Part shown: piece by piece, positions 1 through 10,600 of the stretch | How positions within the stretch are numbered: position 1 is the stretch's first letter | How the letters are laid out: the number at the start of each line of letters is the position of its first letter | Assembly: GCA_027604505.1 (NCBI GenBank) | Contig: JADIIX010000182.1 | Span: 1 to 36,439 of the forward strand | Direction: 5' to 3' | Source: Gonapodya sp. JEL0774 | Taxonomy: Eukaryota | Length of the DNA stretch: 36,439 nt | Translations under genes and position numbers: made by a program | Notes under the pieces: model-generated | What the model saw: the letters and a program-made list of their open reading frames with translations, nothing else | Database searches by the model: none | Told to the model about the DNA's origin: nothing

Positions 1-903
1 CGGTTGGGAGGGGGTTTGAGCCTGTCGGAGGCCTGGACGAGCGTCAGCGTGATGGTGCGGGCTTGCACCACCGAGAGAGACTTGTCCGGTCCATACGGAC
101 AAGATGGCCTTGCGGTTCATGGACTTGTTGGTTGCTCTCGCCCCTCTCCTCTGCTCTCCTCTCCTCTCTTCTTTTCTCTTCTCTTACTTCCCCCGTTCCC
201 TCTCCATCCCACCATTCTCCCCCCCTTCCGTCATGAATCACTCTTCGTACCACCCCACACCGCACCTTTCACCTCCCAACCCACTCCACGCTCCCTTCCC
301 TCCTCCGGACGTATGACGTGGTGCCCCCGGCCCTCCTGTCCTCCCGCCCACCACAACACCCAACACGCTTCCCCCCTCTCGGACCTATAACCTCTACCCT
401 CACGAAAAAAAAATCTGAATCCCAATTTTAAAAAAAAAAAACAAAAAAAAATCCCTCCTCCCCCCTTCACCCCTTGCGGACCTCTAACACCTTCCCCTCC
501 CCTTTCCCTTCACCATCTTACGGACTCTTGACGGCGACGAGATTTATAGCGGGGTAGGGTAAGGGGTCGCGGGGTCGCGGGGTGGGAGGGGGGAGGTGGG
601 AGGGGGGAGGTGGGACCATGTGGAGTGAGACGGTGTGAAGGGTGAAGGGTGTACAAGCGATGTGTGTAGCCGGGGGCAACGGTGTAGGGTGGGACGGAGT
701 GTAAGGTATACGAGCCATGTGTGTAGCGTGCCCGCCGCTTGTGGGGGTGCCAGGGTGGCCAAACCCATATCTAGACCATCTGGCGTCATGTTTGCAAATT
801 CAAATCACACTACCCCAGTCCCCGGTCCACCATTCTATGATTGATCTGCATTAACACCACCCGACCTCCACCAGGCACCACTTCAGAGTCCCGGTCAGGC
901 CTG

Positions 904-956
904 CACACACACACACACACATTTGGGGTGCAGGGACTGGGGACTGGGGACTGGGG
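904..956. repeat. (CA)9 microsatellite followed by about three copies of GGGGACT
   Basis: Directly visible: cacacacacacacacaca at 904-921 and gggactggggactggggactgggga at about 933-957. Confidence 0.85.
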
Positions 957-1447
957 AGCCAAGTCCACCTAAGGAGCACACCCCTCCGGCACGGCTCCCC
1001 ACCCTATCTCGGCCGGCACAGCTAGTCGGTACAGGCAACCGAAACTCCCCACTCCTCCCCACCTCCACACGCCGTGGCAGGCTTGCGGGGGCATTGGGCG
1101 TTCTCCTATCGTGGGGGTTCTTATGTCGAAGAAGCTTGCGGTGTGTGTTTGTGTTTTTGTTGTGGTGAGGGCGGGCCCAGAACACGTTTGCGCGTTTACA
1201 ATATCCGAATGAAAACACCCCCGAATATCCGTTCGAGGGGAGCAGTGTATGTAACCGCACAAAATTCCAGTAACCCCCTCTCCACACGCCGGGGGCAGGG
1301 TTGTGGTTCATTGTGAGGATGTGGTTCAGTATAGGATTCCGGTTGTTGAACTACAGTCTACACGGCCAAAGAGTCGCGCTTCACATCTACCGGTACTACC
1401 AGAAGAACGTCATCGTGCGCGCCAAATTCATGCCGACGAGCCGACTC

Positions 1448-2164
1448 TCATTCGTCTCCGTCCCCCGCATAGTCCCAACACATGCAGTCCAAGAGATACT
1501 TCTTCTCGAGCATGGCACGAAGGTTTGGGAACATGGCCTTGGCCCGTCGTTTGCCGAGGGTCTCGGGCCTGGTCTGTCCCAGTCCCAGTCCCTCTCCCGC
1601 TCCCGTTCCCACCCCTGCCCCGCCCGCCTGCAGATCCTTCTCCCTTCGCCCGCCCCGACTCCCCCCTCCCCCCCCATCACTCCTTCCCGTCGGAATCCCG
1701 TCCACTCTCCGCATCACCTCCTCCACCCTGCCCCTGATCCTCGCCACGTTCCCGCTCCCCACGATCGCGTCGACCTGGTCCCGCAACCCCCGCACGGCGA
1801 GGACTCCCGTCCCGTGAACGGTGGCCATGGTCGCGTAGTGGACGGTCTCGATGGTGGACATTTTCGAGAGCAGACGGTCCACGGACCGGACCAGGGCGGG
1901 GGACGACACGTCATCGGAAGCGGTTTCACTTTCGCACGCCGGCGGGCCCCGCGGGTCCGAGCCCGATCCCGCATCCACCGCCAAACTCCGTTCCAGCTCG
2001 CTCACGAGCGAGAAGAACTCGAGTCGTATTTCGTGCCGGGCAGACAAGAACTGGGCGTGGGAACGCACCGCGGTGTCGACGTGAGCGGCCACCGAGGCCA
2101 CGAGGGTCGAAAGCTCGAGACATAGGGATGCGTGGTGGACGGTGTGGTGGGGGTGGACGCCCAT
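1448..2164 (-). CDS. Hypothetical protein, 238 aa, predicted helical N-terminal half
   Basis: ATG-started ORF with protein-like amphipathic segments (LCLELSTLVASVAAHVDTAVRSHAQFLSARHEIRLEFFSLVSELERSL; FPNLRAMLEKKYLLDCMCWDY). No family recognised. Confidence 0.5.
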   Translation of the reverse strand: MGVHPHHTVHHASLCLELSTLVASVAAHVDTAVRSHAQFLSARHEIRLEFFSLVSELERSLAVDAGSGSDPRGPPACESETASDDVSSPALVRSVDRLLSKMSTIETVHYATMATVHGTGVLAVRGLRDQVDAIVGSGNVARIRGRVEEVMRRVDGIPTGRSDGGGGGSRGGRREKDLQAGGAGVGTGAGEGLGLGQTRPETLGKRRAKAMFPNLRAMLEKKYLLDCMCWDYAGDGDE

Positions 2165-5100
2165 GGGGGGTGGCAGGCGTAGGAGTGGGGGGAATGAGCT
2201 GGTTCGGTGGAATGGGTTCCCCGGTGGTGGGAACGTAACGGCACGACTGAATCAATGAAGTCCAGTCTACCCGCCGCGGCGAGCTCGAGCTCGAGCTAAA
2301 ATCAATCCCAAAAGGTCCTACTGTCCGAGTTCTGACTCACTGCGGGAAAAACGGGTACCCTTTCCCTCCATGACCTTCAGGAACAACTAAGGCCACCCGA
2401 CCGTATTCATGAAGGGGATAATATCCATAACACGACCATCGAGTCACTATCACGTACGCGAAACAAAACGTGGACGCACGACCATCCATTCGTGTTCTTA
2501 CAAACAACAAAATAAAAAAGAATATATATTATTCAAATGCACACATGTTAACTACGGCCATATGCACGGAAAAGTGCCGCTTCCCGTCCGATCAGCGCAG
2601 CGAAGCCCGTGACAGCCCAGTCAGTACTAGCGTGAGAGATCAGCTGGGAATACTGGGTGCTGTAGTTTTGTAGTTTTGTTGACTCGTTGTTTTTGTGATT
2701 TATGCTTTGGGGTTATTTTTGGACAATAATGTGCATAAATCGAGCAGAGCAAAATGTTCACCACCGACGTGCCGAGAAGGGTGAGGTGATCGTTGGGTCG
2801 CTTTGCTCTTTCCGGTGTTAGACACGGCCCAACACGAGTAGAAACTTCCACTTCTATTTCCACGCCGACTCCAAGTCAGACATAGTGCACAATCTGGCGC
2901 CGGCCTCACTGTCGTACCAGTGAAACGAAAATTCGCCCAGCGCTTACACAGTGTTCTCCCCACGTACTTTCATCCAGGTTTGTTCTGGTCCTGGACTCCT
3001 GGTACATACAGGAACCAGTGCTTTTGAGAGTAATGGTCACAAAAAGACTCCTTTTTACGGTATTGTTCGCATAGAGCACGTATCAACGGAACGCGGACAG
3101 TGTGCCAACTGTCTGTCACGTTTCCCCTCCCACGGACCCCACAGCGCTCAATCGATGACGTCTTTCGTCCCCCAAAATCTACATAAAATCCTAGGTCCTT
3201 CTTTTGGCCGAGAACGCATGGAACATTGCAATGTTCTTGTACGGCTCAATAACCCGAAAATCCCTTTCGTGCTACATACGCAGATTGCCGGGGGGCTGAT
3301 CTCACACAATGGAGAAGGGCCAGGAACGACATACTTTGCAATTTTGCTTAATTAGGACCTTTTTGTTTGACAATCTACTATGATTACAAAATTGAGTTCA
3401 TCTGCTGCATGTAGTGTCAGACGGTTGTCGGGTACATTTTTTGTAAAGTTTGAAGCCGACCACTCCCACACCCATCCTCCACCGTTATCATTTCAAATGA
3501 ATTAAAATTTTTGTCTTTGTTTTGCTTGGTTATGTTTACACACCGAGACAAGTCTACACCACCAACCCAACACATGCCATAGTGCAACCCCAGCCCACGA
3601 CCCACACCCCACACCCCACGAGCGCACCACCAGTACCGGCACAAGAGCACAGAAAGAGAGAGATAGAGACAAAAAAGAGGGGGGGAGGGGGAGAAGGGGG
3701 AAGAAGGAAGAAGGAGCAAAGCATGGGGGATATGGTGGCCTGACCGCACCCTTTCCCCACTCCCCACTCCAGACGCCGCGCCCTGCACAGCTCACATCGG
3801 TCCCCGTATGACGTGCGCTCACACGCCTCCAACCCACGCGCCACCCACCCACACATACAGCCCCGCCCTAGCTATCTATCTCAACAATCTAACCGTCTTT
3901 CAAAGGTCCGCCGGCGGTACCACGAGTTTCGTGGAGGGGGGGTGGTTAGGTGTCCGATCGTGGGGGTAGGGAGACACGTCGAGGTGGGGGCGGGATGGTT
4001 GAAGCAAAATGGGAAACAAGCAAAAGAGAAAGGAGGAAAGGAGGAAAAGAGCGGGGGGAAAGCAGCAAAGGGGGGAAGAGAGAAAAGAAAGGGGAAAAAA
4101 GAAAGGGAGGGGGGAAAGAAGCAACGGTGAACACGCGGGGTCACGCCACCACACGTCCCATCAAACGTCCAACGACCACGAGACCGGGGTGTCGGTGGGG
4201 ATAGGTGGTGGAAGGGGGGAAGGCAAGGTACGGGGGGGGGGGGGCGGGCGGGTCCCCCCACCGCCGCCCTCCCAGGGCGGGCGAGTGGGGCGGGCGTTTG
4301 CGGCGGGGGGGGGGTGGTGGTGAGGGGCATGGGATGGGGGGGTCAGTGGTCGAGCAGAGGTGGCAAAAGATAAAGTGGGTGAAAGCAAAAAGTGTCACAT
4401 GTCCAAACAAAGGGGGAGGAAAGGAGAGGAGGAAGTGCGGTGGTGGGGGAAGGGTTTTGGGGCATGGTTAAGCCGGTGGAGGGGGAAAAGAAAAAGAAAC
4501 AGAGGGCAAGTGGAAACGGGCGTGGCGTGCCATGACAGTGGACGTGGATTAGCCCGACGTCACAGGGTGGGTTTTAAAAGTCCGGTTGGGGAGGTGTACG
4601 AAGGGGGTGGCGGATTGCGACGAGTGACGGTGCGGTACGGAGTGGTGGTACACACAGTTGTTAATTGTCCATTGGGGTAGGGAGGAGTACGGCGGGGCGG
4701 GAGGACGGGCGGAGCAAGGAGGGGTCATGGGTCAATGGTCCAGAGGGGGGGTTGTGGAGGTGCGTGCGTGAGTGTGGGGGTGGGGGGAATGGGAATGGGA
4801 AGAGGAAAACGGAACGGAAGAGAAAAGCACACGGAGCGGAAAAACAGGACGCGCGACAAAAAGCAGAAACAAGAGCGAACGCCAGGAAATGGAGAGGTGA
4901 AAGGGTGGAGGAGGAGAGGGACAGCAACAAAGAACAAAAGCAAAAAGAAGACAAAGAACAGGGGGAAAAGTAACGAGGAAAGCACGACAAAACACAACAG
5001 ACAAGTTGTGGCGCGTGTCAAGCAAGGTGGGAGTGCACGCGACGCACACAACAAACACACACATCGCGCACGATCACAAGGCGGGAAAGAAAAAGGAAGA

Positions 5101-5184
5101 AAGGGACTACAAGTGGGGGGGGGGGGGGGGGGGGGGGAGTCTAACCCCCATGGGGGACGCCCGCGCGCCGGGACGGGCGCGCGA

Positions 5185-5194
5185 NNNNNNNNNN
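5185..5194. other. Assembly gap (10 N) next to a poly-G run and a GC hairpin
   Basis: N run visible; G-run at about 5115-5137; inverted repeat cgcgcgcc/ggcgcgcg at 5162-5183. Confidence 0.95.
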
Positions 5195-5821
5195 TAGAGT
5201 ACGTACAGGGATCGACGCGCGAGCACAATGGCACGACACATGAGCAATTTTAAGACGAGAATGATGGCGTGGGGGTGCAGAGTGGAAGCGGAAGATGGTT
5301 GTGGTGGTGGCGTGTGCATCGCGAGTGGATCGGTGGTGTGCGGGTGGGCGAGGTGGATTGGAACGGCAGGAGATGTGGGACAAGGAAATGGGAAACGGTT
5401 GGAAAGGGGATGTGGGGAATGGGGTATGGTGGAGGAAGGGGATGGGGGTAGGAGAGCGGAAGAGAGGAAAGGGAAGTAAAATGTTTTTCGAGGGATGGTG
5501 GTGGTGGGTCCCGGTCCCGGTACGGTGCGGCGAGAGATCGGCGCGGGCAGCGCTTCCCCCGTGTCACAACTCTGTAAAAGTGCATGCAATGCAGACCCGA
5601 CACGGTCAAGGTCACCAGTCACCCGTCTACTCATCTGTGGGAGTGCATGCAGGGCCGCCGGGGGGCAGCGTCGCCGTCACGCACACCCGCTTTCATGTCT
5701 CCCGCTCTCGTGACCCGTTTCCCGGTTCGTCCCGTTTCCCCCGAGCTGCTAACCACCTTTTGGATGCGGACTCGCCGACCGGGCGTCATCCTGTGTGGAC
5801 GCCATGGTCAACCGCCAAACG

Positions 5822-6586
5822 TTATGTGTCTGTGAGATACGGACCGCGGACCGCGGTAGGGGATCATTCTCCATGACTGACCCAACACCACCAACACCCC
5901 CCCAAAAACCTCCCTAAAATCATCCCCACCACCCCCAACACTCACCATCGTCCGCGGCACAGAGCGCGTGCCAGATGGCGACACCGAGGGACTGTTGGGA
6001 CGGGTGGAGCGCGGCTCGGGCGGGCGTGCGGGACGGTGCGAGGGCAGAGGGGGGAGAGCAGGACGAGGTGGGTTGGGAGTTTGAGGATGATGACGGGAGA
6101 GACGAAGAGGAGGGGGCGGGGCGGGTGCGGGATGGGGGGGGCGTGGAAGTCGGGCGACTGGACCGGGATGCTGGGGGGGGCGGGGGGGAGTGGGTGATGG
6201 AGCGAGCAGGATGGATGGCAGAGAGGAACGGGGGAAAGAGAAAGTGGGTCAACCGAATGCGGGAGTGCGAGAGAATTTTGAGCGGGAAACAGACGACACC
6301 GCGATACAAAAGCACGGCTGGACGAGGCGGACGGACTGAAGACTCCAAAACCCCAAGAGCAGAACACGGACAACAACAAACAACAATAAAAGAGCCGACA
6401 ACAAAACTCCCCGCCGACTGGGAATGGATCAATAGGGGAAAGTTTGCAGGAATCCGCACTCACCGTCGACGGAACCGCACTGGCGGAACAGGACGAGAAG
6501 GACGACGCGAATGCGGATCGCGCAGCATGTGTGGCACGGGATGCTGCGGCACGAGACACGCGGGCAGCGCAGCGGGATGCGAACAT
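5822..6586 (-). CDS. Small putative mitochondrial protein with alternative acidic C-terminal micro-exons (alternative ends extend to 3889)
   Basis: Exon 6586-6464 encodes MFASRCAARVSRAAASRATHAARSAFASS..., Arg/Ala/Ser-rich with no acidic residues, like a presequence, and ends at a GTGAGT donor. Exon 6170-5946 (polypyrimidine-CAG) encodes ...HPSQQSLGVAIWHALCAADD+G, then GTGAGT. The first strong CAG acceptor gives AC ACA TAA (5829-5822). A small bridging exon near 6340-6300 is needed to match phases and is unresolved. Confidence 0.6.
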
Positions 6587-7682
6587 AGCTGGATCGCGGG
6601 GTGAGAGAAGTGGAAAGTCGGGGGACGGGTGTGACAGGAGAACGTGAGGAAGTAGGCCCGTGCGCATTCTGCCACAAAAAAATGACGTGGCAACCGCAAA
6701 CTTTTACTTTGGTATTTTTGAGTCTGGTTCCCCTCAAAATTCCGGTTGCCGTCAAATGTTTAGAGGTACTATAGTCGTGCAATCACAGAAAATTGCATTA
6801 CTGCAACCGATTTCATTTGTCCTCTGGAGGAACACTGACTGCCGAGGAACCTTTGAATCGCCGGCTGTCAGCTGTGAGGCATGTAAGCTTTCGGGATTTC
6901 CCCTGCCGCTGTCGCCTGTAGTGTGCGCACGACTGCCCCAGAGTGCCCCGGGTATGGGGGCCACCAACCTTTGTCCTGCATCATGTGCATATGTACATTG
7001 ATCCTTGATAAGTATCGACACCCAATTTCTCTGAATGTACCACAAGTTCGGTGTTGTTTACGCCGAACACTCGATCTTCTTGAGCTGCTTGGTCGTAGAC
7101 CATGAGTGTTGCCCTTGCTCCGTGAGAGTGATAAGACTTGGGGGCCTTCAAGACTCGCACAGGTACGCACGTCAAAATTCCTCAAGGGACCTCGGACGGG
7201 ATATTTAAGACAATGCCTGAGCTACTCTGGTGTGCAAATTTCCGGAAAATCCCTTACGGGTTGCTTTCGATTGCGAGGAACTACATGTATGCAGGAGCAA
7301 GACCAGTTCAATATTACTCCGCGCGAGTGTCTGATGTGCTCAATGCCTTGAGACTTTGCAGTAGTAGGCGGGCAACAGTCATCATTCAGTTCTTGCTTGT
7401 GCACAAATATACAAACAAGGTCCTCCTTGCTACATTTTGTGTTCGCGGTGAGTATCGGAAATGTCCCCGAGAAACTGTTTGATTCAAATGGAAATTTGCA
7501 TGTGAGCTCGATCAAAAGCCCCGCTTGCATTTCGTTTGCTGTGGTGGTGGTGATATTAGAAAAAACCCGCACAGACGTGGGAGAAAAACACCATACAAAA
7601 ATTCCAGATCGAGATAACGGAGAGGGAAGTTGGACCATCTCTTCATGGAACTAGCATCGCTTCGAGTAGAGAAACTAAGAGT

Positions 7683-10600
7683 ATGGCGTCGGCATTTGCG
7701 GCAGTGAGCAGCGGAGCAACGATGGCAGGCTCAGCTCGAGTGGGTCAGGGTGGGACAAAAGCGATTGGGATGGGTCGGACGATTACCACCGTGGGAAGCA
7801 GAGTGCAGACGGGAAAAGGAGCGAAGAGAGGAGGCAACAAAGCGGTGACATGTGGTGTTGGACAACCTGCCCGACGTGGTTTCGAAGGATCGTTCCAACA
7901 CCACAACCGTTCAGCCCGCGGACGCAACGCGCACACAATAGCACGATTGTCCTCGACTGCGTCTGCGTCACCCTCGCTGCTCAGATCTCCACCCGTGTTC
8001 TCGACCCTTCTAGTTCCCTCGAGTTCCACATCGTCAAAACCCCGCACACTCTCACTGCTCTCCTGTCCTCCTTCTCCCGTCTCTACTCGTGTTTTCTCGG
8101 CATCTTCTATTTCGCGCTCGGCGCTCTCTGTGCTCGCATCTCACCCACCGCAGCATACCCAAGGACATCTGCACAAACAGTCAGATCCTTCCAACCCCTC
8201 ACACACTCACACACTTCGCCAACCCCCCCCCTCTTCCCACAATTCCCTAAACTCCACTTCATATGATGCATTGAGTGATCTTATTGATCTCGAACTTTTC
8301 TCCCCGACATCTCAATCCCAGTCGTTCTCCCGCTCCTCTCCCGATTCTCATTCGCGCCCCCTTACCCTCCATTCGCCCCGAACCCCCCATTTGCCCCCAG
8401 CCCTCCATTCGTGGGAGCCGTGGATCTTTAACCACCAAGTCTCGACAGACATGGATTACACCCTCTATCCTCTCACTGCGGACAGCGACGAAGACACATC
8501 TCTCCCCAATCCGCCTGTGGAACACAAGACTGAGGACGATATTACCTTCTTTCGCGATTTCAGGGGGGGCCACATTGCTTCTGCAGCTACCTCACCATCG
8601 GAGGTGAGTGTCTGGTTTCGTTCCGGCCGATGGAGTCTGTGTTCGTTAGGTTCGATTTCCAGAGTTGGGGCGGATGTACAATTTGTATGTGCTCGATGTT
8701 CGAAACTGGACTCGCTCATTGTAAAGGCTGTAGGGCAGTGCCTACCCTTTGGTGGGTCCTCGGCCAGAGCAAGCTTGTGCCAGGGGTCACCTAGTTTTGC
8801 CGTCGCAGTTTTTCAAGTTTGGTGGCTGCGCCTGACACTGACTGATGTTCTCTCTCTCGTGCTGGGCGTAACTCACCCACCAGTCGGTCTCTCCCTCCTT
8901 CGAGCCCCTCCCGCGCTCCGAATTCTTGCACCAACTCTCCATCTTCCACGCGCTTCTGCTCTCCTCCCTCTCCCCCACACCCTCCACCCCCTCTACGTCG
9001 TCCCGCGCTGAAGACCATCCCTTCCTCCGCGCTTCTCGTATCCTCAACCGACTTCGCAAAACCAACGCAAACGACGTGTACCTTGCGTTCGAGCGGGATC
9101 CCCGGGCGGTGCAATTGTTGGAACAAGCGGAGGAGGCGTGGAACAGGAATAGTGGTGGTAGCAGAAACGGGAACGGTGTACGGATGAGGGGTGAATCAAC
9201 AAGTAGCCGGACTAGTGAAAGGGATAAGGAGCTCGACTCTATTTGGACACCATATCCACTTGAGGACACAGCGAGCACGACGTTTGGACTCACGTCGCCC
9301 ACCCGCTCGGACGAGGCAGATTCTATCTCGCAATCTGCCTTCCAAAGAAGGTCCTCTCCATCAAATTTTCAATCAACCACACAACCCTCCGAATTCACAA
9401 CCACTTCACAAACAGAAGGCGAAGAACTCGCAGCGCTTCTGTCGGAATCTTCGTTACCGCCTTTGGATCCCGAAAGTTGGTTGGCAAAAGTCAAGCTAGT
9501 GGGCGAGGTGGGTTGCTGACATGTAGACTGTGCTCAGTTTTTGGTTGTGTGGGTGGACCGGTGGGAAGGACTCGATTTTGGGGTGACAGGATTCGAAATG
9601 GGCGATTTTCGGTTTTGACAACTTTCTACGTGATCGGATAATTATGTGCCCAATTGGGTATTGGTGTCTATTTTGATTTCTGACTTCCTCATATCACTTT
9701 ACCCTCATTCACTCCGCCACACTCTCCTATAGAGCCCGACACTCAGCATCCTAACCCGTCTACTTCGCCATGTACCTTCTCACATCCAATCCCAACCCGA
9801 AATTCAATCCCGGTCCGAATCTTCCTTCACTTCCAGTCCCGCCATGACTCCGGATCCATCTGTGGAACTTCAAATCCTTCTTGACCGCCTTTCCCTGATT
9901 GCCTCTCAAGCCCGTTTCGATTCTAGTTCGTCATTCTCGCCAACATCGAAAGTGATGCGGGTCGTCGGACGACAATCGGTCTGGGAGTGGGCGAAAGCGG
10001 TGGCCAGCCGGGTGAGGGGTGAAAATGTTCAAGATGAAAAAGTGGGCTTGGACAAGGATGCGACAAGAGATAAGGACGTGAGGACTGTTCTGGAGTGGAT
10101 CGGGGCAGACCAGGCAGGATACTTGACGGTGATCGAAGTAGTGAAGGTGAGCTGTAGAAAGGGGGATATAGTGGGCTCCGAGGTGTGGGGGACCGTCGTG
10201 TTTCGTGATATAAATGGTCAATCACAAACCATCCATGGTCGTGTTTGTGGATGTGAGCCCATTCTAGCGTTACCCATTCTCTCCACTCTGTTTCATTGTT
10301 AGGTGCTCACCTCTCAAACTACAGCCACTCCTCATTTTCGATCCGGCTCACCGCTGCCAACTGTTTCAGGGGAAATCAATGGCGATTCCATAAACCCAAT
10401 GACACGGATGTCTGCTCCCTATCACTTGGTCGCTAATCATATAGGCCTTGCGGTGCAGCGAGAGTATGCGGCCAAATGCGTCGCAGCACACCGTCCAAGT
10501 TTCAAGGTTACGGCAGATCCGCGAACTGCGGGGGAGGTGGAAAACGATGTGTTGAATTCAAGACAGTGGAGGCGAATCAAGGAGGTTGTTGCGAGAGGAA

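Noticed and set aside
1..120. Possible minus-strand gene start (MNRKAILSVWTGQ...) running off the left edge
   Set aside because: Only 40 codons are visible with no recognisable motif; it cannot be supported.
1301..2125. 274-aa plus-strand ORF
   Set aside because: It is the antisense shadow of the more protein-like minus-strand ORF 1448-2164 and is His/Pro/Arg-rich.
2951..3355. 134-aa plus-strand ORF
   Set aside because: Non-ATG start, no motif and no splice context; probably intergenic.
3400..5560. Many overlapping 60-190 aa ORFs rich in G/R/K/E or P/F/S/L
   Set aside because: They are by-products of extreme purine/pyrimidine strand skew with few stop codons; no protein-like motifs.
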